Assembly (NCBI GenBank): GCA_020137815.1
Contig: CM035353.1
Location: forward strand, 3,906,001 to 3,970,000
From: Hormiphora californensis
Lineage: Eukaryota > Animalia > Ctenophora
Direction: 5' to 3'
DNA: 64,000 nucleotides
Shown piece after piece: positions 53,709 through 64,000 of this stretch. The position numbers and the translations under genes are program-made. The notes beneath the pieces are model-generated. The model ran no database searches and was not told the origin of the DNA. It worked only from the letters and a program-made list of their open reading frames with translations. Numbering within the stretch: the stretch's first letter is position 1; the number at the start of each line of letters is the position of its first letter.

Positions 53709-56700
53709 GTTTCGCGCACTCTCTCCCGCCAAACTTCCACATTTCCTTTGGCCTTCTTTTCTTTACTGTTGAAATCCATGTTGTTCATTTATTTGCTTTG
53801 ATTCCAAAATAATCCCTATTATTCCAAAATAATCCGAGCCATCTATCCATCTATCGATCATACCAATATTCCCTATCTATTAGCAGATATAATATAATAC
53901 CAGACAGCTCCTGCAACATCAACATGTAGCGTGCATCATGAAATATGAACCACAGAACAAGGCCGACCCATAACCTGGTCAAGGTCCACGGTTACCTACA
54001 AATAGATGACAGCACCACATCCAGCTGTACCCCTACCGCAGGGTGGAGGAAGAGGGACAAACCACTGAATTTCTACCCCGCTGGGACTACCAACCCTGCA
54101 GGTCACCGCGGCAGATCAACAGCTGATCGTGGATCAGCTTACAAGGAGAATTCCCTTTCTGCAAACAATACTGATCGTCATGACAACACCAAATGCTCTC
54201 CAAATCACAAATCACCGAATCATTCCACAGAAGATCAGCAGACACCCTCAAAACCCGTGCATCGGAGATACCCCAGCACCGCTACTGCAGCAGAGCCAAT
54301 ACTAACCCGTAATATCCGACCGTTAGTTCCACCATCTCGGACTCTACCTAACCTAAGTCACGTGTGTTTGGATACAATCAGTGAGGGGTCCACTGCACCG
54401 ACTGATTCTGATCTTATTGATATGACCGAGGATATTATCGGAACGCCCCGTTCGGTGCACGTGCAAACCAGCCCTCAGTCTGAAAAGTCACGTGACCTTG
54501 AGAGGAGTATGTCACCGGAACCACCATCCACTGATCAACTGAGTTCTTCGTTACTACGGCAACACCGAGACTCTCTGCATTCAAAGAATTCTGGTCACCA
54601 AGAGGAGGAGGAGGAGGAAGTCATGAGACATCATGCGGGTAAAATATTACCAGGAGATACGAATAGAAGAGGCTCCTGTGCGGAAGTGTCAGATAGAATC
54701 TGCCCTGGATCGGAGAACAATCTTCATCACCAAATAGTTTCCTTTGCAGATGAACATGTTGGTGAAAGAGATCAGACAAGGCCCCAGCAATGTAGGAGGG
54801 AACAGGAGGTTAGGATAAGCTATACATGCTGGCCCTTCTTTATAGCCTTTTTGCCAGCAGCTCACATATGATGCTACGATATTATTACACAACTGCTAGC
54901 TACTGTGAGCTTTATTTATATTTTTAATTCGCGTGAACATATTATTCATTGCTGAGCGTATAATGCCGTATTCGTGTGGGAGACGGGTAGAATGATGGTA
55001 GTAGTATGGTAGTACTTAGTATGTCACAGGAACCGACCGAATGAGGAAATACTGGTCCCTGATTGGCTGAAAACCAGTCACGTGACCTAAATAACGAGTT
55101 CTGATTGGTTGTTTACTTGTTTCGGTCGGTTCCTGGTAGTAGTATGTCAGTATGATGTGGTATTCGGTGGAGTGAAGGTATTGGGTATTGTCCTGGTAGT
55201 CGGTTATTGGTCCTCTTACAACGCGGGTACACAGTACACCATGTGCACTGTACTATAGGTTCATAAACAAAGAACTAAGCGGAAATGGAACATCTCAAAG
55301 CACTCTTTATGCCCTACCCCCCTATATACTAGTAGCCCTACACAGTACTAGCCCTATATCCCTACTAGATTTCAACATCTCCCAACCAGCCTTATATATC
55401 TGCCCCACAACTCCCACTCAGCCCCCTATCTTTGCTACTTTAGCATCATGTGTGTGCTACATTTTAGCTGTTTTCTACCATGTATGGCAGATAGATCAGC
55501 GATCGATCCTAACTCCTCCCCCTCCCCGCAGAGATGTGATATTGTCCAGAGAGAACACGCTGCCCTTAGCAAAGAGGAACAGATCCTGCGAGGAAAGCTG
55601 ACCCGGGCTGAAAATGATCTGAGTAGGCTGAGAGAGGTGAAGGGTGAGATGACTGAGAGAGTAGGGGAACTGGAGCGAACCAAGAGCGACCAAAGCGATC
55701 TTATCAGCAGGTAAAGGAGCAGATGTTGGGAGGAGATTACTGAGGGTTCGGGTGATCCCTTATTTGCTGTAAAATTGTGCTAAACTCAGGATTCGTCTCT
55801 ATTTACGTTGCATCTATACTTACGAATCATTAATCACTCCAAAAACTAAAACTAAGCGTGTATTTCTCCCCCTAGATTGCGTCTTGAAAAGCAGAGTTTA
55901 GAGGACAAGCTGTTGCATCTGGATGGGAACCTGAGGCAGCTTGAAACGGAGAAAGAGGACCTGAAAAACACTGTCAAAACTGCTGGAATAGAAAGAATCA
56001 AGTTGAGCCAGATTAAAGATGAAACTGAGATAGACAATGGGAACCTCAAGGCAGAGGTACATTGAGTACATTGAGTACATTGGGTACATTGAGTATATAT
56101 CGAGTATATATTGAGTACATTGAGTACATTGAGTACATTGGGTACCTTGAGTACATTGGGTACATTGAGTATATATCGAGTATAAATCGAGTATATATTC
56201 AGTACATTGAGTACATTGAGTACATTGGGTACATTGGGTACATTGAGTATAAATCGAGTATAAATCGAGTATATATTCAGTACATTGAGTACATTGAGTA
56301 CATTGAGTACATTGAGTACATTGGGTACATTGAGTACATTGAGTATATATTGAGTACATTTGGTACATTGAGTACATTGAGTATATATTGAGTACATTTG
56401 GTACATTGAGTACAATGAGTACATTGAGTACATTGATAACAGATCTTGAGTCATTGTTGGTGGCTATACTTATTTCTGTAAGGGGGCTCGGCAATATATC
56501 GCTATACCAACCAGTTAGCTACCTGCTACTATACGCATGCTAAACTATAACAACCATGTGTTTTCCAGTTAGGTTCTCTGTCCCACAAGTTTGACCTGCT
56601 GGAACAAGACAGGAATAGGTTGAGTGATTTGGCCATGGAGCTTGAAACAACAAAAAACAACCTAGAGGACTGCCTTCAAAATCTGGACAGGGAAAAAGGT

Positions 56701-59700
56701 GAGCGGAAATCACCAGTGTTTAAATGGTATCAGGTCAATGCTCTGACAGGTGTTATGAGGTTACCCGGTTACCGTGCTGCAGGGAACTTGATCCCGCCCC
56801 ATCGCGCTCACCGCTCAATTATACAGTTTGCCCGCCTAGGTGATATATAATGAATTAATTGCTTGGTGTGCAATTACCCAATTACCCCCAATCTACAGGA
56901 GATCTAAATGAATCGTACACTCTCCTCGGTATGGAGAAAGAGGACATTCTGGATAATTTGGAGGTATCAAATCGGGAGAGGGAGAAACTTGGACAAACAA
57001 TTGTGAGGTGAGTAATAGGAATCGAACGAAACAAGTAAACAACCAATCAGAACTCGTTATTTATTTTCTCCGTGCCCCGAGCCCCAAATGTAAAGAAGGG
57101 TTAGAACAAATTCTCCCCCTATAACAGGATGGCAAAAGCCCGGGAGGATCTAGTAAAGGAGAAACACGAGCTAAAGGAGCAGTTGGGAATGGTCGAAATG
57201 AAACTTGATGGGGCCATGGAGAATAACAAACGTCTCACGGAGGAGAAGGGTGCTTTGGAGCACAAGCTCCACGACACAGGTATGTGGTACACCATATTTG
57301 GGCATATGATGACGTCATCACATGTCCAAATATGGTAACTTATACATTCCTGTTTCAGAGCAAAAGTTGGCCCGCGTCGAGCTCCACAAGGACAGTTTAG
57401 AACGGGAGGTGGAAGAGTTGGGACAGCTCAAAGAGGATCTCACTGTTGAGCTGGCTAGCGTGAACAAGGAGAAGGAAATACAGGTACGGGGTAATATTTA
57501 GTTCAGGGAGAAAGAAGTAAAAAAGAAAAATAATGAACGCGAATGTTTGTTTTCTCAAGGAGAAATGCCTTCTTTCGTCTGATGACAACAGGTTTCTCGA
57601 GATCCGTATGAATTATGGGGAAAGCACCTCAGTTTTATGTTTGGAGTACTAACATCCACCATAGCAACCACTTATTTGAATTCTCTCTCTCATTAGGGTG
57701 TAACTCTGAGTAAGGACATAGAGCAGCTGAAGGTTCGACTAATGCAGACTACTAACGAGAAGGCAGCTCAGATCGAGAGACTGCAGCGACAGATGCAGGA
57801 TGCCCTTCGACAGGCTGAGGTAGGTCTCTGGCCTCTGCAATCCCAAATTTCAAAGTTTGAAATAATTATATTAGTTTATCAGATTTTACCATGCAGTTGC
57901 TCCTCCACTTTTTAGTTCTAGTTGCCATGCCTGCAGTTCCCCTAATATATATCTCCTCAAATTCAGGACGACAAGGAGGACAGTCTGTTCGAGTTGAAGC
58001 GATCCAAAGACCAAGAACTAGAGCTGGTTCTGGCAGACCGCCAATCAATGGCCCTCAAACACGAAAAGGACCGAGATGACCTCCAAACGGAACTGGACAG
58101 GACCCGCCTGACGATGAATGATGCTGTAAACAAGCTAACTCGGGAGAAGCACGAGGCTATCCAGGAATTAGATGACCAGAAAGCTGGGGTAACGGAGAAA
58201 CTTCACAAGTTGGAAAGACAACACGACCAAGTGCTAGGAGAGTTCGAGCGGGCAAAGGAGAGCTTTGGGATGAGATCAGAGCAGGCAAGGGAGAACATTG
58301 AATCGCTCCAGGATCGCCTTGATACTGCCCAGGATGACTTATCTCAGAGTGAGCACAACCTCAGATCCCTGACTGCAAAACACAACGATATGGTTACCAG
58401 GACAACTAAAGATATTGAGGATCTGCGGGAGAGGTGTAATGAGGATGAGGAGGTAAACGCTGCCCAGGCTCAGGAGATCCAGACTCTCCGATTAAAGCTG
58501 GCCGAGGCTGAGGGTTGTCTGGAGGTTGTTAGATCACATCTGGGTGATGTTGAGAGGATTAAGAAAGAGCTGGAGGAGGAGAGGAGTAAGACGCTGTCAG
58601 AACTGGGACAAGTTGAGCAGAAAGCCAGGAGAGATGAGATAGAGAAGGAGGGATTCCAGCGGGATGCTGAGGAGCTCCGGAAGAGACTTGCTAAGACTGA
58701 GGAGGCTAAGGAGTCCATTAGGACAGAGGCTGCCTCTCTGAAGGCAAGGATGGATGAGGCGGAGGATGAGAGAAAGAATATCTGGAAGGAAGCATTGGAG
58801 CTTCGTGCTGCAATCCGGCACACCGAGAAAGCCCGGGCAGATGCGAATAGAGAGCTGGAGGATTTAGGGCACAAAGCACAGGTTTTGGAGGAGCAGAAGC
58901 AAGACGCTAAAAAGGAGCTAGATAAGTTGAAGGGAGCACTCCACAAACAGGAGAGGATGGCTGCCGAGGATAACCGAACTATAGATGGACTGAAAACCAA
59001 GTTAGGGGAGGTTGAACAAGATCGGGGGAGGAGCCAAAACGAGTTGAATGGCCTTCGAAAGCAGATAAAGGTTGTTGAAAACCAGAAACGAGATACGGAG
59101 GACAAGCTGCGGGGTGCGGTTGAGAAACTGCAGAGAGAGGAGAGACAGGCGGAGAAGAGGTCCCGTGCCCTCGAGCAAATGTTGGAGGAGGCAGGGAGAG
59201 AGAAGGGTGAAGCTGAGGTTAAGCTCAGTGGGGCAGAGGGCCGTGCAAATGGGTTAGAATCCCAACTCACCAGGACGGAGGGACAGAGGAAAGAGCTACA
59301 GACCAGGTTGTCTAACCTTGTCTCTGTTCTCCAGGCCACTCTGGGACTGCGGGACCTAACCCAGCCGTCCCTGATTGTCCCAGTCGATGAGGAGGATTCC
59401 TTTGGACCACCGAGCAGAGCATCCTCGCCCATCCGCAGACCAGGATCACCCTCTAGGTCCCTCCTAAACAGGAGTTCCTCCCCAACACGTCTTCTTGGTA
59501 TGGCCGGTGAGGCCCAAATGGAAGCAGAAACTGTCCGTCACGCCGTCCTGTCTCTCCGACAGCGCCTAGCAGATGCAGAGGGAGAACGGGACCAGGCTGT
59601 GTCCAGCATTGACTCTCTGGAGAAGGCTATCAAGGACCTGGAAGAGGATAAGAAGCGGGGTGAGTTGAGGATTGGGAGTCTGAGGGACCAACTCTCGAGC

Positions 59701-60153
59701 ATGGAGAGTGGGATTAGGGGTGCAGATGGGAGGTTGGTTACTGCTCAGCAGGCACTAGCACAACAAGAGGACAGATACAGGGCTTCAGAGAAGGAGAAAA
59801 CACTTCTAGGTATGTAGATCTGGTTTTTGGTTCCCACCCTCACAGTTTATTCGCAACTTGAGATCTGGTTTGTTTCAACTCTATATGCTATAGTAACACC
59901 CTCACTGATTTGATATAAACAATACAATTGGTCATTTAAGTACCCAGGCCATATGAAACTATTCTGCAGGTTAACATCTGTATTCCATCTAGCTTGTTTG
60001 TTGAGAGATATATTCAACGAATATTTACCCCTGAATACCTAACCCCCCCCCCCCCTCTACACTCTCTAACCTCATCTAACCCCCTCTACACTCTCTCTCT
60101 CTACACTCTCATCTAACCCCCTCTCTCTCTCTACACTCTCCTAACCTCATCTA

Positions 60154-60198
<45 letters not shown>

Positions 60199-62151
60199 TA
60201 CTCCTCTCTCTCTCTCTCTAAAGGTGAGAAGCTAAATAACATGTCTCGTCAACTGGGAATGATCGAGGATGAGAGGAGGGCTCCTGCAGGAAACAACCCA
60301 CAAACTACGGCTAGTCTTTGAAGGGCGAGGAGAGGGAGAAGAAGGAACTCTTGGAGAGGATCGAGGAACTATCAGAGCAGATGAACACATGGTATGAAAT
60401 ACACATTGGTAGTTACCGACCGAATCAGGAAATACTGGTCCATGATTGGCTGATAACCAGTCACGTGACCTAAATAACGAGTTCTGATTGCTTGTTTACT
60501 TGTTTCGGTCGGTTCCTGGTTGTTGGTAGTCACCCCTTCCTTGCAGGAACGCGTGTCCTACTATACCGCGATACAGTCCAGCGTGGGTGATTTTGTAACC
60601 AAAACAATGTGTAGACTGTAATCAATAAACCCAGCTAATAATCAAAAAATAAACCCGGGTTTATAATTAGCGTGGGTTGAACATCTCTCCCAACACTTCT
60701 CCCTCAGGTCAGCGTGAAAAGAAGGCGACCCTTGAAGAACTACAGAAATCCCAGAGACAGCTGATAGAAGGAGAGGCTGAAAAGAAGGTGCTGCAGCAAC
60801 GACTGGATCTCCTCAGACAGAGTCTAAGTGAAGCTGAGAGGGAAAAGGGACAGATACAGGATCAGGCGACACGAATGACTAAATCACTTCAGGTAAAATA
60901 AAACAACTATGGACACTAGATTTTTCTGAAATTGCTCTGCCTAATCAGAGCACGCGCTGTGTGAAATGCAGTGTGTACTTTGTAGTGCATGTACTACACA
61001 ATTCTATTGTAATAGATCTGAACTCACACTGTTGCTGGGATATAGTTTGGCATTATGCCTTTCTAACATCTAACTAGATCTGAACTAACTGATCTGAACT
61101 AACAGTAACTCACACTCTGTTGCCCACTTGTTTAGAAGATCCAAGAAGAGGAAAAACATTTGTTAGGAACAGTTAATGATCTGAACCAGTCTTTGACCGA
61201 TAGTCAGCATGATTCCCAAAACCTACAAGAGAAACTGACTCACTACCACAAGAAGCTAAATGCGACGGAGAGTGAGGGACGGGTCCTGAGTGAGAAATTA
61301 TCCGCGCTACAGCAGGTATAGTTTCACACGATTTCACAATTTACTATTATTGCACCTCAAGTATTCTTGCTTGCTGGGGATTGAATAAAGTCGGATTTTT
61401 TGAAGTTGTCACCCCCCCCCCTTCTCGTGCGCAGAATGTTTTTGCGCGTCACATCACATGTTAACATGTGGTGTGCACGTCAAAATTGATGATTTTACAT
61501 GCGCGGTCATTTGGGGGTGACAACTTCAAAAAATCCGACTTTAAGTAAAGTTGATTTTCTGCACATGCCGCCCACTAAATCACCCCACTCCTTCAGAGCC
61601 ACACAGAGCACGAGGAGTTAGTATCCCGTTTGCAGGACAAGGTGGCGACCCTGCAGAACACTCTGACGGAGAATGAGGTCCAGAAGATCCGGCTGGAGGG
61701 TCAAGTTAGGAATCTCCAGCTCACACTTCAACAGAAAGATGCATTGATAGACGATCTGAACAGTAAGATTGGAGATGCAGGGAAGGAGAAGGATCAGATG
61801 AATAATCTGATTAGACAGACAGAACACACTGTGATGCAGGTTTGTAGTTCGAAAATTAAATATGGATCTTATCTGTTCATAAGATGCAACGTCAAATTTT
61901 GCCCCCTAATATATAATATGCAACCATATATTTATAAACAGCTATTTGAAATAGCCTATTTCGCTCCCTAAAGTTACTTGAGTATACAATATATCTGATA
62001 AACCAATTACCAATTAACCAATTAGTCAACTACCAATTACATTACAGGCTGAAGCTGAGAAGCGAGCACTGAAAGATGCAGAAATCATTGCAGCAAAAGA
62101 GAAGAAGAGTCTGCAGCAAATACTGGAGATGAGTCAAGCTGAAAAGGACAG
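35717..62151 (+). CDS. CROCC: Rootletin (ciliary rootlet coiled-coil)-like multi-exon gene; probably continues to about 63.5 kb in poor-quality sequence
   Basis: Phase-consistent GT-AG exons: 35717-35752, 35976-36089, 36320-36541, 36954-37136, 37218-37382, 44082-44165, 49251-49378, 49645-49777, 50040-50223, 50805-50937, 51128-51386, 51603-51708, 51992-52100, 52216-52433, 52562-52740, 55532-55710, 55876-56056, 56569-56698, 56899-57007, 57128-57279, 57359-57483, 57697-57819, 57967-59809, 60224-60391 (indels), 60708-60892, 61136-61315, 61597-61839, 62048-62151. Rootletin-like motifs YKHKLKAMQEGAQKQTTLATKLQNKILEQK, LTADW, LLAVWRSV, ETVRHAV. Confidence 0.85.
36693..36812. repeat. 17-bp intronic minisatellite
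   Basis: (TTATGTTCTCGTGTGAA)n. Confidence 0.9.
38586..38811. mobile_element. Tc1/pogo-like MITE related to 20588-20759
   Basis: TA|CGGTCGAACCCCGATTTA...TAAATCGGGGTCCGACTG|TA; partial copy near 49398-49463. Confidence 0.82.
39014..39122 (-). mobile_element. 109-bp CAGGAACCGACCGAA MITE
   Basis: 15-bp TIR, near 8-bp TSD (ACTTATAG/AATTATAG), hAT-like. Confidence 0.88.
39188..40307. mobile_element. Palindromic foldback element with GG termini and 8-bp TSD (Merlin-like)
   Basis: GGCAGGTGAGTAGAACTTCGCTCC...GGAGCGAAGTTCTACTCACCTGCC; TSD GAAGTCTG; 13-bp AATAAAAGGCTGC sub-terminal arrays. Confidence 0.85.
42874..42982 (+). mobile_element. 109-bp CAGGAACCGACCGAA MITE
   Basis: Same family; flanks CTCTCTGT/CTCTCTTT. 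Confidence 0.9.
43870..43883. promoter_or_regulatory. Perfect RFX X-box
   Basis: GTTGCCATGGCAAC in an intron of a ciliary gene. Confidence 0.6.
44408..45061. mobile_element. Multi-hairpin element, unclassified
   Basis: Inverted repeat at 44408-44434 / 44568-44594 with internal hairpins; GTTATATACCCTGCT...AGCAGGGTATATAAC at 44597 / 45047. Confidence 0.55.
49786..49916. repeat. 21-bp minisatellite with one X-box-like 14-mer per unit
   Basis: (CCAATATGGTAACCATAGTAA)x6. Confidence 0.92.
50232..50750. repeat. (TCTG)n microsatellite
   Basis: Direct reading. Confidence 0.98.
51718..51816 (+). mobile_element. CAGGAACC MITE, left end clipped
   Basis: Same family; GTTAGAATA on both flanks. Confidence 0.85.
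55027..55135 (+). mobile_element. 109-bp CAGGAACC MITE
   Basis: Same family, full length. Confidence 0.9.
56057..56436. repeat. 9-bp minisatellite beginning at a splice donor
   Basis: (GTACATTGA)n. Confidence 0.95.
57967..59809 (+). CDS. CROCC: Largest rootletin exon (coiled coil plus S/P-rich hinge)
   Basis: 1843-nt open exon rich in E/K/L/R heptads. Confidence 0.9.
60415..60518 (+). mobile_element. CAGGAACC MITE, left end clipped (a further partial copy lies at 57016-57063)
   Basis: Same family. Confidence 0.85.
61388..61541. mobile_element. MITE with about 28-bp TIR and TA flanks
   Basis: AAGTCGGATTTTTTGAAGTTGTCACCCCC...GGGGGTGACAACTTCAAAAAATCCGACTT. Confidence 0.85.
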
Positions 62152-62274
62152 GTATAATTATAAACCTTTTTTTAAATCCTTTCATCTTTCCCTTCCCCAA
62201 CTCTCCCTTTTCTCCTGAGGGGAACACGGACCTATTATACATGTCATGTATTACATGATCTCTATTCTCTACCA

Positions 62275-62502
62275 ACTCTCACTCCAACTCAGACTCTCCA
62301 CTAACTCTCACTCCAACTCAGACTCTCCACTAACTCTCACTCCAACTCAGACTCTCCACTAACTCTCACTCCAACTCAGACTCTCCACTAACTCTCACTC
62401 CAACTCAGACTCTCCACTAACTCTCACTCCAACTCAGACTCTCCACTAACCCTCACTCCAACTCTCCACTAACTCTCACTATACAACTCTCACTCTCCAC
62501 TA
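62275..62502. repeat. 29-bp minisatellite
   Basis: (CTCACTCCAACTCAGACTCTCCACTAACT)n. Confidence 0.92.
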
Positions 62503-64000
62503 ACCCTTCACTCCAATCAGAGGGAAAAAGCAACGTCTCTGGTTTGGAAAGGGCCGCACTGACTTTGGGGAAATCACCCACAACAAAAAAGTGTAGAGAG
62601 AAAAGCAAAAAAGCTGAAACCCGGCCTGGCTATACCCAGAAAGCTTGACATGAAAAATTTCTTTCAAAGGTCCCACATTTGCCCTCACTAAGAGGGGGGC
62701 CCCAAAAGGTTGAAACTTCGAATGGAGAAATTTTCCCTTTAAAGGGGTTTAAAACGGAACTCAAAAGTAATGTAAAATTTTGTTTTCTCCCTTTCGGAAG
62801 GATTAAATAAATTTATCATTAAAGGGTAAATATAAAAATCCCGTTCTTTTTTTAATTAAAAACTTGTACCATTAAAAGCACACGTTTTTACAATACAATC
62901 CGGTTTAATAACCCTCCCCCCCTGGGACTGCCTGGGACAGTTGGACAAGCAAGGCTGACGGAAAGACAGTTGAGGGTTGAGAACGTTGAAAGAGGAAAAC
63001 AGAGAGGGGAAACTTTCCTTTCCGGGAAGGTCTGGAATCCCTTTGGCTAAGGTATAGCTTTTTCTCTCCCTCTCATCTATTTTCCCATTTCTCCCTTTTT
63101 GGGTTAACTTTTCTGGACTCTTTTTCTTTTTTTTTTTTTTAATTTTCCTCCCTCGTTTTCAGTTTGGAGCCTCTCCATTTTCTCCCGGGCCTGCAAAATC
63201 GGTGGGAAATTGGTGGGAGTGTTAATTCAGGAAAAAAGGTGGAAGTTACCTGGGGGAACAGATTATGGGGGTTTCCCCTTTTTTCCCTCTCCTCTTCTCT
63301 TTCCTTTTTTCCTTCTCTCTCCCCCCCTTCCCCCCCTTTTTTCCCTCTATTTCCTTAGGCAAACAAGCTGACAGAAGTAGGATCCCCGGGCCCCGTCCAT
63401 TCTCCATCGCGACTCCCCGGGGATACTCCCCCTCTTCGGCATATAGTCGGGAAGACCACTGTTCGGGGACCTCCCCCAAAAACACCAGACCCAACCGAGA
63501 AGTTTTTGTTTTAATATAATTAATAGGGTGAAAATTTAAACTTAGTTTTGGGAAATTAATCTTGGGGGAGATAATAATATTCGACGGGGTTTGGGGGTAA
63601 GGTCTCAGATTTTAGGAAAATTTCAGGAATAGTTTATTTTATAGTGATGTAAACCCGAAGCTGCCCCAGGGGAAAAAACTACACAATGAAAACACCACCC
63701 ATTTTTACACTGGGACACCCCATTTACTTCATATTTTATGTTTTTTGTCCTTTTTGTTCTTTTTAGAGATTGAATTGAGTCTCTCGACTCTCGTGTGACA
63801 TGATACAATTGTTCCATTATTACTGAGATTCGGTTCAGCCGTGGCCCATTTTGATCACTTTTTATTGTCAAGTTGAGTTGTACCTTTTTACCTGAATGTT
63901 TTTTAAAGCATGCCCCTCTTTTATTTTAAACCCCATCTTTCCCCCGGGCCCCCCCCGTTTAAAAAAAGGAGTTGGCGCCGCTGGACACTGCAGCTGTGTG

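Noticed and set aside
60224-60391. Premature stop in rootletin
   Set aside because: The frame is restored by adjusting homopolymer lengths; likely base-calling error.
62500-64000. Precise terminal rootletin exons
   Set aside because: Exon-like patches are visible, but the sequence is too error-prone to call.

Overview
Eukaryotic (animal) genomic DNA, most likely a ctenophore of the Pleurobrachia type. That inference rests on a spliced-leader-like 38-mer recalled from the literature, an intronless LDLa-GPCR and the repeat landscape. 1-11.2 kb is a replication-dependent histone cluster forming a large inverted duplication (H1,H4,H3,H2A | H2B | H2A,H3,H4,H1) with stem-loop/HDE 3' signals. 11.8-34.8 kb holds a foldback MITE, a 17/19-bp satellite, a sulfotransferase, two CR1-like LINE fragments, a nested DNA-transposon stack, a multi-exon minus-strand gene, an LDLa-GPCR, a CRE-clade fragment and an ORF1-only retro-insert. 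35.7-63.5 kb is a multi-exon rootletin (CROCC)-like gene with MITE- and minisatellite-rich introns. The most notable signals are: (1) a TIR element joined twice at exactly 10 bp from two different histone TATA boxes, splitting the H2A/H2B bidirectional promoter; (2) a retro-insert with a trans-spliced leader at its 5' end, a single ORF1, a (TAA)n tail and a TSD; (3) an extra, sequence-unrelated hairpin 4-6 nt upstream of the stem-loop in all five histone types; (4) a 70-113 bp 9-bp-TSD element built from C-GAA-G mini-hairpins; (5) RFX X-box arrays and candidate alternative first exons in rootletin. Several stretches look like low-quality sequence. All alignments were done by eye.
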